Assembly: GCA_977017575.1 (NCBI GenBank)
Contig: CDRNVI010000004.1
Span: 496,001-560,000, forward strand
Length of the DNA: 64,000 nt
Direction: 5' to 3'
Source of the DNA: Paramoeba atlantica
Taxonomy: Eukaryota; Protista; Discosea
Under the pieces are notes generated by a model, which was not told the DNA's origin, did not search any database, and saw nothing but the letters and a program-made list of their open reading frames with translations. Made by a program: the position numbers and the translations under genes. Of the stretch, positions 1-11,895 are shown piece after piece. Position 1 is the first letter of the stretch; the number at the start of each line of letters is the position of its first letter.

Positions 1-1977
1 GATAGACGATGTCCTTCATCTCCGAAGGAAGGACTTGGAAATAGTAAACGAGGAAAAGAGAATCATATCCGTAATTTTTCCCGTTCACAAAGGGGACCCC
101 TTCCGAGTGGGGACGGCCGTGCCCGTAAAGTGCAATGCCAACGAATTTCGCATTTTCAAGACACGGATGGAGGCTCTAAGCTTGGAAAAAAAAAATTAGA
201 ATCTTACGACAGCCAGAGCAAACGCGGTCTTGAAACGCGTCAACCCCTCTCTATCGGCGCATTCTGTCAAAAGGGGGGCATTGGTGTCGCTTCTATCCCA
301 AGCCGCTCCTTTATCGATAATTCAAGCCCTAGCGAAACACAAAGATCTTGAAACTTTATGGATACCCCTGTATCTTCCCAGGCTAGAGGTGGCAATGGCT
401 CTGGGGCTACAAGATGCGACCGAACTTCTATGAAAAGTGCTGCATTGACGTTGCGAAAGTTTTTGGTAGATAATCTTCCAGTTAAAATAGGAAATTTAAA
501 ATTTGATAGTCAGAATACATTAATTGAACCGAATCCAGAGCCTATATTAGTACAAAACTCCGCTGAAATAGCAGCAGTTGCCCATAAGCAACACAACGAA
601 GACAGTTCAATCCCACGTACGCAGCTAAGTAAACCACCAAGTACAAGAGTTTACCGGAACGACGGCGAGATCGCCCCTATCACACGGTCTCGTCTATTTT
701 ACCAAAGGCTGTGGGAGATGAACGATGACCACTCACTGGATGTACTGGCGACCATTCAAAATTTTGACACATTTACATCCAATTTTCATCGCCCCGTCCA
801 TCGACGACGGCCGGGATCGCGCTTCATGGCTCAACACACTGAAGCGTTACTCAGAATCGGAGTTGTAGAACGTGCCAAACACCTGCAAGTTGTAAGTTGT
901 TTATTCATGCACTTCGAGTGCGGAGATTTGCCCCACAGTGTCCTTACCCCGCATACGACAGGTGGATCACGTGAGGATTTGCCCTCGCTGGAGGAGAATG
1001 GGTGCAGAGAGCTGACGTCCCAGGTGCAGAGATCTCGGTTGTCATGTGCAGGTGCAGAGAGCCGGATGCGTAATCCCCGTATGACAGTTTGGGGGGCAAT
1101 CCGGGTGCAGAGAGCTGCGACAGAGCTGAGGTGCGGAGAGCTGAGCGACCGTCAGGTGCGGAGAGCCGTAAACGCGGGCAGCGAGGGACGCGTCTAGTGG
1201 TCCTCAAGGGAGGCCACCGTGACGCCTAGCCCTCTCGGAGAGGTACGGGTCGGGAGGAAAGAAGCCGAGAGGGAGAAGCACTCACTCCAGGGGAGTGAGT
1301 CGGGGAGGGGCGAAGGGATGGAGGCGCTTCCCCTGCTTCAGCGATAAAGGGGGACGGTTCCAGCCTTAGCGCCGGCCGGCAACGGGCATGAAAATACAGT
1401 AAGAGTATGTCCGTTGCCGGGGAAAGAAAGGATGAACTAAGGTTAAGTACCAACAAGGTACAGAAACTTTACGGTCCCCAAGAAAGATTCCCGACTTCGA
1501 CTCGTGGCTGATTGCAGAAAATTAAATCGCGCGTTCGAAAAGCCTCCCGATATGCACTTACCTCGCATTCAAACGGTTATTAGCGAGATTTTGAGCGCAC
1601 ACTGGATGACTCAAACAGACGCAAAAAGTTACTTCTACCAGTTTGAAATGCACCCCTCTATACGTCCTTTCTTTGGAGCTCACCTAGGCCGGGCGCGCGG
1701 TACATACTCTTCGGTACAATTCACCTCGATGCCCATGGGTTGGTCATGGGCTCCGGCCATAGCGCAGCGCGTATCGAACCGTCTTGTTCGTGGTTTAGGT
1801 CTAGCATGGGTTGACAATTTTTTCATTTACGCAAACACGAAAGAAGACTTAGAGAGGCGCTGCTCAGAATTCAGATCAAGAGCGATAAGTACGAGATTGG
1901 CCTTGGACGACATGACACTCGCCCCAACGCAAAAAGCGCACGTTTTGGGAATGGAGATTAATCTCACCGAATTTTAA
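1..1977 (+). mobile_element. VIPER/TATE-like tyrosine-recombinase retrotransposon remnant (YR then RT), interrupted at 905-1468
   Basis: Frame 2 (2-433) reads IDDVLHLRRKDL..HKGDP..AHSVKRGA..AKHKDLETL..LYL (YR motifs; one TAG at 197-199). The overlapping ORF from 358 continues, after removing 905-1468, as LLRIGVVE..SCLF|TVPKKDSRLRLVADCR..DAKSYFYQ..PMGWSWAP..AWVDN. YR upstream of RT is the VIPER/TATE order. Confidence 0.85.
905..1468 (-). mobile_element. SL-headed non-coding repeat, copy 1 (564 bp), inserted in the RT gene
   Basis: Minus strand begins AGTTTCTGTACCTTGTTG|GTAC. 1196-1468 aligns with 38890-39163. Removing it restores the RT reading frame. Confidence 0.8.
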
Positions 1978-2103
1978 AAGCAATCAACATGATAATTTTT
2001 AAAGACCTAGTAACATGGACATGATTTCTACAATATGGCGGAGTGGCTCTTAGATTTTCTGTTGAATAAGTTTCTTAACTAGAATCTTAGATTATTTTCA
2101 GTT

Positions 2104-2793
2104 TCATAAAAGTCGTCCTAAAGAACATGTCCCCGGAGGTGAGTCAGATGCGCTTCGGACATGTACCATCTCATAACCTGTAGGGCAAGCTTCCAAGACC
2201 ACTATCCACGCAAGGCATTGCGCAAGATAGGGTGCCCACGAAAATTCCATTGGAAGAACTTGTAATTCGAAAGTTTCATTCTTACATTTTATTGAGAAGA
2301 GACGGCCTACAGCCGTTGGGATCCGAATTTGATGGAAAAAGTGGCGAATGTCTGCTGTCAAAAAAAATCCACTCGGAAAGCATGATATAACATGAATCAC
2401 CTCAGTTAGACCAGGGAAGTTTAGACTGGGAGGAGTCGCACATCTTTCGTTGATCAAAGTACCATCCACGATGCTTCGTGATGAAACTTCATCTTTCGGA
2501 ACCTCAAAATATCGCAGATAAAGACGAGAGTCGGTACGAAAATCATGTACTCTACGCAATACTCCGTACGAAGAAAGCTCAACTAGATGATCCCGCCACT
2601 TAGGTCCTGATCCTGATCCAAGTTTACCGTGAAAGGCTTCAAAGTTAGTCGCCTGCATAAATTCTTGACTACTAGTAAGCACGGTGGTGCATTTCTTTCC
2701 CCACATACAATTTCGTTGAGTTGCAACATCATGAAGAGTTTTTAGGTGAAGGCGGCTTGCTACCATGATAGGGTCAAGAGTCCGTAGTTGCAT
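2104..2793 (-). pseudogene. Second VIPER/TATE-like RT fragment, truncated before the YxDD-equivalent motif
   Basis: YFEVPKD..RSIVDG, ADIRHFFHQI and LPMEFSWAP motifs, parallel to the 1504 ORF but clearly diverged. Confidence 0.8.
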
Positions 2794-3251
2794 GGGATAA
2801 GGCTGGTGTGCAAAGGCGGTTCCATATACCGTTCCGTATTCAAGATTATCAGCAGGCTCATTTATTACCTGCTATGAGTTTATACTGTAATGTACAAAAT
2901 GTAGTATGCGTACGTTTTTATCAGTAGTAGTCGGCTGTTCTCATAAACGAAGTGTGTACGACAGCTACAAGTATATAACCACTTGCACCGCGTGTGGTTT
3001 CTACGCATAATTTGCAATTTGTACTTCAAAGGCATTATTACAGTTTTTTGTAATCCCCAAAGCCCACTTAACGCACGCCCCTACGGTACCAATTTTGTAC
3101 CGCAGCGTACGCTATTATACATTGCTATTATTACATTGCTGACGTCTACTACACACACATTTACCTAGTACGATAGTACCGTACCTAATACCATACTATC
3201 CGTACTTAGTACGAAAGTCTGTTTAACGATAAGGACGTCTTTAACGATAAA

Positions 3252-3274
3252 GATACAGTTTCTGTACCTTGTCG
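3252..3274 (+). ncRNA. Spliced-leader-like exon fragment directly upstream of the CRE-clade ORF
   Basis: GATACAGTTTCTGTACCTTGTCG, with 20 nt between it and the ATG at 3295. The core matches the kinetoplastid SL as recalled (T. cruzi ..GATACAGTTTCTGTACTATATTG). Confidence 0.7.
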
Positions 3275-3294
3275 TTTCTTTTATTCTCTCATCT

Positions 3295-6200
3295 ATGCTT
3301 CCTTGGCAGGTGGGCAAGAGACGATGCAGCTCTTGTCGCCGGACGTTCAAGCCAGAAAAGCCAACCCACCGCACCTGCCTCCGATGTTTTAAATCACAAG
3401 ACGGATCGGATGGACTGGAAGAAATGAGAGAGAAAGTGAATCTCCTCTACAACAAACTAATGCGCCGCGAGGACCACGAGACCCCGCGACGCAAATGCGA
3501 CCAGTGTCAGGCTATGTTTCGGCCTCGACGCAGCAGTTTCACTTGTTGCCCGCCTTGTTTTCGAGGATCTGGCTTCAAACCCTCCCGACTCCCGCGGGGG
3601 ACAAGCACTCCCCAAAGAAATGTAAACTCATTCATCAACCCACGGAGCGAAAGCTCGGCGTGGCTCAACCCCGGACCCAAGCGCCAAACACCTCCGATGT
3701 ACGCATCAGCGGTGCGGTCCGGCAACGCAGACGGTGTAACGAACTTACAAAAACAGACCCTCCCGTCCAAACAAATTCTAAGCTTCGACGATCGGCTGCA
3801 ACTCGTAAAAAGCAAGTTCATCCCCCCGGAAGCCGAACAAGTGTTCGACCCTCGTCCTTGGGTAGGGGCTCTTAAACAACACACAGCCGAGACACAGAAA
3901 ATCGAGCTGGAATTCGAGGAATTTTTACTTCGGCGTAACTTGGAGCATGCATACCTTCAGGCGTGCGCGTCGGAATTCATTCGGACCCAGAAATCTCTAG
4001 AAGTCATCGAGCGCGAAGGACACGCGTGCTCGGTATGCCACAAAACCTTCAACGACAAACTACAACTAGACACTCACTACAAAGAAATTCATGTGGTGAA
4101 ACTCCAAAAATCCTTGGCACGACGAGGTCAATATCTGCTCTTCGCAAAGCAAAAAGCCTACAAGGCGCTCTTAAGAGAATCGGAGGACGAGCTAGTGGAG
4201 CTAGCAGCGAGGCACTTCGCAGGCTTGGCAGCTCTTCGGCAGCGAGAAAGGCGCTCCAGCGAAGATAGGCTTCGAAACAACCAGATGAGATCAAAAAACT
4301 GGGTCGATATCGAATTCCCGGAAGACATCGAGGTGGATGAGGATCTGGAGGAACCCCTTTCTACTGATACTGGCATCTCAGTGTCTCTCTTGTTAGGTCC
4401 ACAACAATCTGGACAGGTTCGTATCCACGGTTTGAGCCCTGTGACACGGATTGAAGAGGTGAAAACCGAAGTCGGCAAAGCCATTGGCCTACGAAAACAC
4501 ATGATCGCCCTCATGGAAAGTTCCTCTGGGTCTATTCTTCCGCCGAACCTGCGCTTAGGGGAGCTCCCCGAGTCTGCTAATATGGTAGCCTCGCTTCACC
4601 TCCCTCCCGGAGATCTAGAGGACACGGGTGACCCGATTCAGATTTATGGAATACACTCCTCGAAAAACGCGGTGCGTGTGCCAATGAATTTCGAACCTCA
4701 ATGCCTCCCAGCACTACTGTGTGAGCAGCTAGGCATCGATGTGGAGATGGGTAGCGCATGGAGCGCCTTTCATTCGGAGCGTATGGGCACCGTTTGGTGT
4801 TTCCTTCCGACCAAAAGCCTAATCGCCAACTCGGGCTGGTCCAAGGCACAAGTGCGCACCCAACTCATTCGAGGTGGCATCGAGAGCAATCCTGGTCCAG
4901 GAACGAAGCGAGGCCGTCCCCCAGGAAAAAAGTTCTCGCCTACAGGTACGTTGGACCTCGCAACTATCCAGACCCACGCGGGCTCGATGTCCGATCCGAA
5001 TCCCATTGAGACGACAACACCTGAGTTAGTGAAAGAAGCAAAAGGCTTCCCTCTCACTAGCGTTGTTCGCCCACCCGCTGCATGTGGGAAAACCCATTTG
5101 GACCGATATCTAAGCCTCCTGCACAGACCCACCTTCAGGAAATTATCTTTTCCCCAACTGCCAGGATGGAAGGATGTGTGTCAAAACATATGTGCCGGCT
5201 TTGATTCCTCAACCCTCTCCGGAAAAGAAGCTAAAGCCTGGCGGCTGCTCTCTGCAGTCAAGCGTTACCTCTTTCTGCCAGTCGAAAAGCTGACTCAAAG
5301 ACAATTTGCAAAGGAACTTCGACTTCGCTCAACGCAGGCCGAACCGGAATACATCAAAAAACGTTGCGATCTCGGGTCCCAGCACGGTGACCCAACCACC
5401 CGGGCCTTACGTTTCTTAAAGGTGGGGGCAATCGGCAAAGCTGCACGAGCCCTGGACACCAAGGAGAGAAAGCCGCTCACAAGAGAACAAGCCAAGGCCG
5501 TGGCGGAACATCTACACCCGAGAGGACCCAAAATGGAGTCTGACTCAGACGCAGTACCAAGGGCTGACGTCAAAATCGAGGCGATCAAGGAAGCCAATCG
5601 AAGGCAAGCTCGTGGGTCCGCTCCGGGTCCCTCCGGATGGACGAAAGAACTTCTTTTCCCTCTATTAGAGGACCGGGAAGTGAACCATTGTCTCCTTTGG
5701 ATCATTAACGGTATTGTCGAAAATTCCTTACCGTCTGATCTCCGTGAGGCCTTAACAACTTCGAAGCTTATACTAATCCGTAAAAGCGACGAAGAACAGA
5801 CCCTTCCCCCGTGCCGGCCAATTGCTCTGGGTGAACTATTTGTGAAACCAGCGGGTTCCTTCGTAACACAAGCGATATCTCACCTCCTTCCTAATCACTT
5901 CCGTGGTACTCAGTACGGGGTAGGAACCGCTCACGACTGCCATCATGTCAACTCCCGCCGAGATTTCAGCGCGGACCCATCCAATGTTCTTATGTCAGTA
6001 GATGTCGCCAACGCCTTCGATTGTCTCTATCGAGACAGCATACGAAGCGCCTTAAAGTCCGGGGCCAAATTCAAGCCCCTACTTGGATACTTCTTTTTCT
6101 GCTACACAATGCCCGGACGACTCATCCTCCCGCATCAGGACACAGTCGCGAGCACACGCGGTGTTCGCCAAGGGGGATCCCTTTGGCGAACAACATTCCT

Positions 6201-6585
6201 CTTTTCCATCGGAATACAACAAATCCTAGATGATACAGTGAGGCGCTTCGCAAATCGGGTGAAACTGAAGGCCTATCTTGACGATGTCACCCTCCTAGGT
6301 GCCCCAGAACACGTTCGGGATGCATTCTCCTTCCTTTCGAATTCGCTGTCCAAAGTCGGTCTGAAAATAAATAAAGCCAAATGCCAGGTGAGTACACATC
6401 AAGCGGAACAATTCTCAGCTTTCAAAGACACGGAGATCACGCATAGCTACGATGGCCAGAAATTATTGGGGGCTTACGTAGCTCGGGATCCAGTCCTAGA
6501 GCAAAAATGGGTAGAGGGCCAAGTTCCGAAAATGCAGCGATTCGTTGACAAGTTAGCATCTCTACCCCTAGCATCTGTCTGTTGA
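3295..6585 (+). mobile_element. CRE/SLACS/CZAR-clade non-LTR retrotransposon ORF (Zn fingers, 2A-like motif, RT), 3'-truncated with no endonuclease seen
   Basis: RT motifs SAPGPSGWTKELL, RPIALGE, QYGVG, DVANAF, GVRQG, AYLDD, GLKINKAK. Two CxxC..CxxC modules, one C2H2 finger, and GGIESNPGP at 4873-4899. Confidence 0.85.
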
Positions 6586-7033
6586 GTATCGCTTTGTTTT
6601 GTCATGCCGGATGAGAAGGTGGACCACGAGCCTTCGCCGCGTAGATCTCCTCCACATATTTTTCCACCTCGCAGGATCGAAGGGCAGCGTAATACTGTAC
6701 ACGAAATGCTCTTGCGAGCTGCGGTCCATTGACTCGTGGTTGAAGCCATTGTACAAGCTCCTGGAGCATACCTTCTGATACGTATCCTCGTGGACATTTT
6801 CGCCTTCTGTTATATTCCCCCTCCACGGCAGCCCCGTCCACTGCCCGAAGTATGAGGCGGTCTGACGCCCAAGGGCGCTCACCTGCCTCGAGGTCGAAAT
6901 CCTGACACTCTTGATAAAATAGTAAGGCACTGCGGTAGGCTTGAAGAGTTGATTTTGAGTTTCCAATAGATGCTTGATACGACAAGAAACACCCAAACCC
7001 TTCTTTGGCAGCAAATAGGCCAAAGTAGTACAC
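6570..7033 (-). pseudogene. Tyrosine recombinase fragment of a YR retrotransposon; abuts the truncated 3' end of the CRE ORF
   Basis: TLQAYRSALLFY (SAM-like domain), CPRGYV and YYAALRSCE (catalytic Arg box). Confidence 0.7.
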
Positions 7034-7453
7034 GTTGCACAGCGCATTTGGAAAGTGAAAAAGGTCCGAAATACAGGGAGTATGTTTCCAAAAAAGTTCG
7101 AATTCCTATTGAAATTATTTCTCCTGTATATTTCCTTCAAAAAAAATGAATTCGAAAAATATCGAAAAACTTCACTTTCAACCTACATTTGTACTGCATA
7201 TTACCCCTTTTATTTTACAATTGAATTTGAAACTTTCCGTAGAAACCAATTTGACCAAACTAATAATATTATAAAATTCACTTACCGAGAGATGCGTCGA
7301 CTCTCCCTGTCGCGAACGGGTGTCCACGCGGGGACCACCCTTTCGCTAGTCACAAATTTCCCCTTTTGCACTGCTCTGAACTTGTTTTTGCACTGCCTTG
7401 TTTTATTGGCACAGGGCAGTGTCATCTAAAGAATTATGGCTCACCCTAGTTCT

Positions 7454-7735
7454 TTAGCGTTTTGTTATGCTGACGCCAGGTGAGTTAGCTCGGGAAGTTA
7501 GCTCTCTTGAAAGTCGTCTACGGCAATTTGCTCCATTCTTCATTCCACTCTTTCGTCGACAGATAGTCAAATACTTGTTCTTCCTGTGAACACTCCCTGG
7601 AAGATGATGTGTACTGCAGATTCCATCCTTCACGATTCCATGAGACCTCAGAAAGCTGAAAAAGTCGCGAGGGATATCGGAATCGTTTTTCCATGTGAGG
7701 ACACATCGAAGATCCGAACAAACACAAAGTGACAT
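7454..7735 (-). pseudogene. Merlin transposase N-terminal fragment
   Basis: MSLCVCSDLRCVLTWKND..HGIVK is homologous to the N-terminus of ORF 12757-13848. Confidence 0.8.
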
Positions 7736-7935
7736 TGTGAAACACGAGCGGGAAAAAGTCAACGTATGAGAGTCTTAGCAAAAAAATACACTAATGTTTT
7801 ATTTTCTGCTGATATCATCTTTTTGCTCGCAGAAGAGGCCAAAAATATGGGGAAAAAATATTTTTGGATACAACATAAATAAACGCCGTTCTGTATGTAT
7901 TTTACAGATTAAAATTTATTTTTACCCTATTATGA

Positions 7936-8442
7936 GAGGCTTGAAACCTGTTAAATTTTGCCGGGTTTTGCCAGGACACCTATTTTTGTGGACGTCATTT
8001 TGGGAGACGTGTCACGGCTTCAAGAAGGGGTATCTTGTGAAAACAACGGCGTAGAAAGCTAGTATAGGTCCCAAACTCTCAAACTACTATAGGTGAAACG
8101 ATTTTGAAAAGCTGTTTTTTAAGCCATGTTTTTCGCCAAGTTGACTTTTTTCTCAACTTTCTTTTCAGAAAAACTCGAACTTGGCGGCCTCGTCCTGTTG
8201 ATACCAGGGGGAGTCGTCCCTCAGTACGGGGGTGGAAAATGTGCGCCAAGACCTCGGCTACCCTTTCTGGGAGTTCATTTCGAAAAATATTTTTTTCAAA
8301 ATTTTCATTTTTTGTGGCGCGAAAATGTTTTGCAGCGTACGATGAAGATTCTTCACTATTTTTGACAAAGTAGTTCCTTCACCACGTCAATGAGGAATTT
8401 GCGGTTTTCGCCAGCTTTTGCCTTTCATAGGTTTGAACCCTC
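7936..8442. mobile_element. Harbinger-family MITE (507 bp)
   Basis: TIRs GAGGCTTGAAACC / GGTTTGAACCCTC with TGA on both sides. The body is near-identical to 9952-10455. Confidence 0.8.
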
Positions 8443-8453
8443 TGAGTAAACAC

Positions 8454-8562
8454 GGCGCCGCTTCGCGGCGCCAAATTTTTTTTTCCGACCCTTTTCATTA
8501 CCCCCCCCCCCTTATTGTGGACAAAAGCCGAAAAAGTGTCCATAATAAAGGGGGGGTTACAG
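8454..8562 (+). mobile_element. Solo right end of the pogo-Ulp1 family
   Basis: Matches 43231-43338, ending TGTCCATAATAAAGGGGGGGTTACAG|TA. Confidence 0.75.
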
Positions 8563-8578
8563 TAAAAATTTTGACCCC

Positions 8579-9263
8579 CTATATTTTCGTGCCACCCCCT
8601 CTATATGGGGGACTCAACCACAAATCGTTGCTCCAAAATTTCGTAGCATGATGCTTTTCTAAACGCTGTGAATGATAGTTTAGTGCGCTTTGCAAACTGT
8701 CATTGTGAATCGCATCGTTCTTTAATTTTTGCAAGACAGGTATCACTGAAGTCATAGGTTTTCGCTTGTCACCCGAAAAAAGTTCGAGTGCGTTTTGCAA
8801 AGGATGTTGCCGTTTGAGAAAGGCATGTGCTGTGTCTATCACGTTTCGAATAGCATCTGGTTGAGACAAAATTTTGTACAATTTTAATACTGAGGCGGAC
8901 GGCACCTTCGTCGGTCGGGTAGCAAGACGTTGTATGAACCGAGCAACAGTTGGGAGCCCCTGTGCAAGGCACTGAATTGATAAAAATTTGTCTGAAATCC
9001 AACTCGTAACTCCACCCAACTTCGGAGTCTTGTACACGGGCACGCTTAGCTGTCTCAATATCAGTATCAAGAGAAGAAAATGCAACGCGTAGGGTCTGAT
9101 GCATCTCTTTCATTGTCAGATCTGGCGAAGATAATTTTTCATAGAGGTCCTGAGCGGAAGGAACAACTCGCATCAACATCTGTACAGTGTCTAATAGCAT
9201 TTCCAGGACCCCAACCTTAGCCTGACAATCTAGCTGCTGTGCGTCTCTAGCATTCCATGCCAT
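8579..9263 (-). pseudogene. Frameshifted ORF of unknown function
   Basis: Two overlapping minus-strand ORFs with protein-like composition. No motif recognised. Confidence 0.35.
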
Positions 9264-9545
9264 TGACGCAGCTTTCCGATGGCGCTTTGAAGCTTATCAT
9301 CGAAGTCCGCAAGGTGAACCTCAAGTGCGACACCTGCATACTCACCTCTTCGCCCAGAATTTCGAATAGAACCGTAGAACGATTAGGTGAAGGCTTTCCT
9401 TAGCTTCATTCAATCAATTCATGTTCATGGGCAATAATTGGCACTCCCTTGTACCGAGTGTTCGTACTCATTCAGCTCGTGGCCATACAATCTTACATGT
9501 CAACATTCAAGATCAAATCAGGCAAAAGTCATATTACTACATGTA

Positions 9546-9875
9546 TACCCCCCCTGCTTATGAGTTCCCTCGTTTTGAGAAAAAGGAACTCATAAGCGCA
9601 CCAGAGCAGAAATCGGGCCATAAAAAAGCGAAAATTAGGGTCCGCGGCGCGAAGCGTCGCGGGCTCTCCTTTACGATGATACTGGCACCAAAAAGATTGT
9701 CCGCTTAGTGTGCAAGTATGTACAGCAGCCTGACGTACAGTAGTTGGGAATTTTATAATTTTTTGTTCAGTTCAAAAAAAATCGTTTCGCGAAAAGTTGG
9801 CACAAAAACACTCGCCTTAGAAAAAGGAACTCATAAGCGTACCAGAATTGGAGGAACTCATAAGCAGGGGGGGTA
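9546..9875. mobile_element. TA-flanked MITE (~330 bp)
   Basis: TIRs TACCCCCCCTGCTTATGAGTTCC / GGAACTCATAAGCAGGGGGGGTA, with internal copies of GGAACTCATAAGC. Confidence 0.8.
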
Positions 9876-9951
9876 TAGTACAGGGAGGAACTTTATTACG
9901 GGACATCTTAATTAAGGGACACCCTTTTGGTCAAAAGTGTCCCGTAATTAA

Positions 9952-11895
9952 GAGGGTTGAAACCTGTTCAGTTTTGCCGGGTTTTGCCATGTTTTGCCTG
10001 GTTTTGCCAGGACACCTATTTTTGTGGACGTCATTTTGGGAGACGTGCCACGGCTTCAAGAAGGGGTATCTTGTGAAAACAACGGCGTAGAAAACTAGTA
10101 TAGGTCCCAAACTCTCAAACTACTATAGGTGAAGCGATTTTGAAAAGCTGTTTTTTAAGCCATGTTTTTCGCCAAGTTGACTTTTTTCTCAACTTTCTTT
10201 TCAGAAAAACACGAACTTGGCGGCCTCGTCCTGTTGATACCAGGGGGAGTCGTCCCTCAGTACGGGGGTGGAAAATGTGCACCAAGACCTCGGCTACCCT
10301 TTCTGGGAGTTCATTTCGAAAAATATTTTTTTCAAAATTTTCATTTTTTGTGGCGCGAAAATGTTTTGCAGCGCACGATGAAGATTCTTCACTATTTTTG
10401 ACAAAGCAGTTTCCTTCACCACGTCAATGAGGAATTTGCGGTTTTCGCCAGGTTTTCGCCCCCCCCCCCCTGGATCCCCCCCCTGGACCTTCCCCCTGGA
10501 CCCCCCCTGGACCCCCCCCTGGCCCCCCCCTTGGACCCCCCCCCGGACCCCCCCTGGACCCACCCCCTGGACCCACCCCTGGACCCCCCCCTGGACCCCC
10601 CCTGGACCCCCCCTGGACTCCCCCTGGACCCCCCATTTTTTTGAATTACTTTTTCAGTTCTGGACCACCGGGGCCCCCTTTTATATTTTTTTCTTCTACT
10701 ATATTACTGTGTTCCTCTTTATATTTTCACCATTTTTGTTCACTTTTTTTCAATAATTGAGGGTAGAGCGGTAGTTATACAACCACCGCAATGTATACGA
10801 TAATAACAAATTATTATAAGCCATAATAGACGATATGACTACGTACTTTACATTTCGCGATTCATCGAAAACGACTAGATACTTAATTTTATTTAGTTTT
10901 AGATCCATGCTGTGGTTTCTTGGGAACATATCCCACATCGTATACGTGTTCTTTGAGCCACTCCCTCCGTTCATCGCTTTGACTAAACCGCACCCTTTGC
11001 TACACCAACAAAAAGATGAGTCATCGATATTTTGTAAATGTGCATTTATTTCACTATCAAAGTCGTATTGGGGTTCTGATGCAAGCAAACCGTACACTGC
11101 AACAGATACAATCTGAACGGCATCCTTTACCCACGTAATATCGTGGTCCGTTCCATGAAAAAACCGAAATTTATCGAAATGAGCAAAACAACGCTCGATT
11201 CTGGAGCGAATTGCATGCGGTTGAACCAATCCTGGTGTTCATCACGGCAACCTTTGCGCGGTGCCTTGAATGGAACAAAACAGTGGTTGCAACCCACGTA
11301 TCCTAGATCCGCCAAAAAAATTTCATCTTCATGATGATCAAAAAGAAATGTTCCGTGCGTGGTTTTCTCTTTATAAATTCTCGCATCATGTACACTGCCC
11401 TGAACAGGTCCACGAAAAAAAATATGGACTCCGGCAAGCGTAAGCCAGAACTCCACTTTAAAAAAGTGTTCCCTGTGCTTGCCGGAGTAGGTTGCATCTT
11501 TTTTTCTCATTTCCTGAGAGGCTTCGTCCCAAACGTCCCCCGGTTTCCTTGCACGACATGAGATTATCGTGACGTCCATCATGTATGTACATCCATGCAG
11601 ACATCCAAGATACCCCATGCTCGAAACGAAGCTTAGGGTTCATGAGAACCTTGGAGCGGCAAAGCTCAGCGACGCGGCTAAAGTCATCGCGCAGAGTCCT
11701 GATGGACAATGGGGTTGTTTCGGGACCTATCCACATGGGCTGTAAATCATACAGTTGCTCCCACGTGCAGTTCAAAGCGCACATAGCTAACGAAGAGCTA
11801 AGGCGTCTGAGATCTGTATGCGTCACGCCAATGGGATTTAATCGCCTAAGCTCAAGGAAAAAGTCGATTAGTTGGTCCCTAGTGATGCCGTACAT
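9952..11895 (-). mobile_element. PIF/Harbinger element, copy 1: one end plus a twice-frameshifted transposase (10750-11895)
   Basis: TAA|GAGGGTTGAAACC terminus. DDE_Tnp_4-type motifs MDVT, YSGKH..FKVE, GSVHD, LADLGY, RSRIERCF are spread over three frames. Confidence 0.85.
10457..10633. repeat. C-rich tandem array of (C)5-9TGGA-type units
   Basis: About 14 units. A shorter array sits in the paralogous end at 56518-56573. Confidence 0.95.

Noticed and set aside
905-1468. Helitron or intron interpretation of the insertion
   Set aside because: No CTRR end, no hairpin at the expected distance, no A|T target and no GT-AG boundaries.
10294-10756. Gly/Pro-rich ORFs here and similar ORFs at 15023, 18758, 24384, 27628 and 35064
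   Set aside because: These are shadows of low-complexity repeats or antisense frames of real genes.
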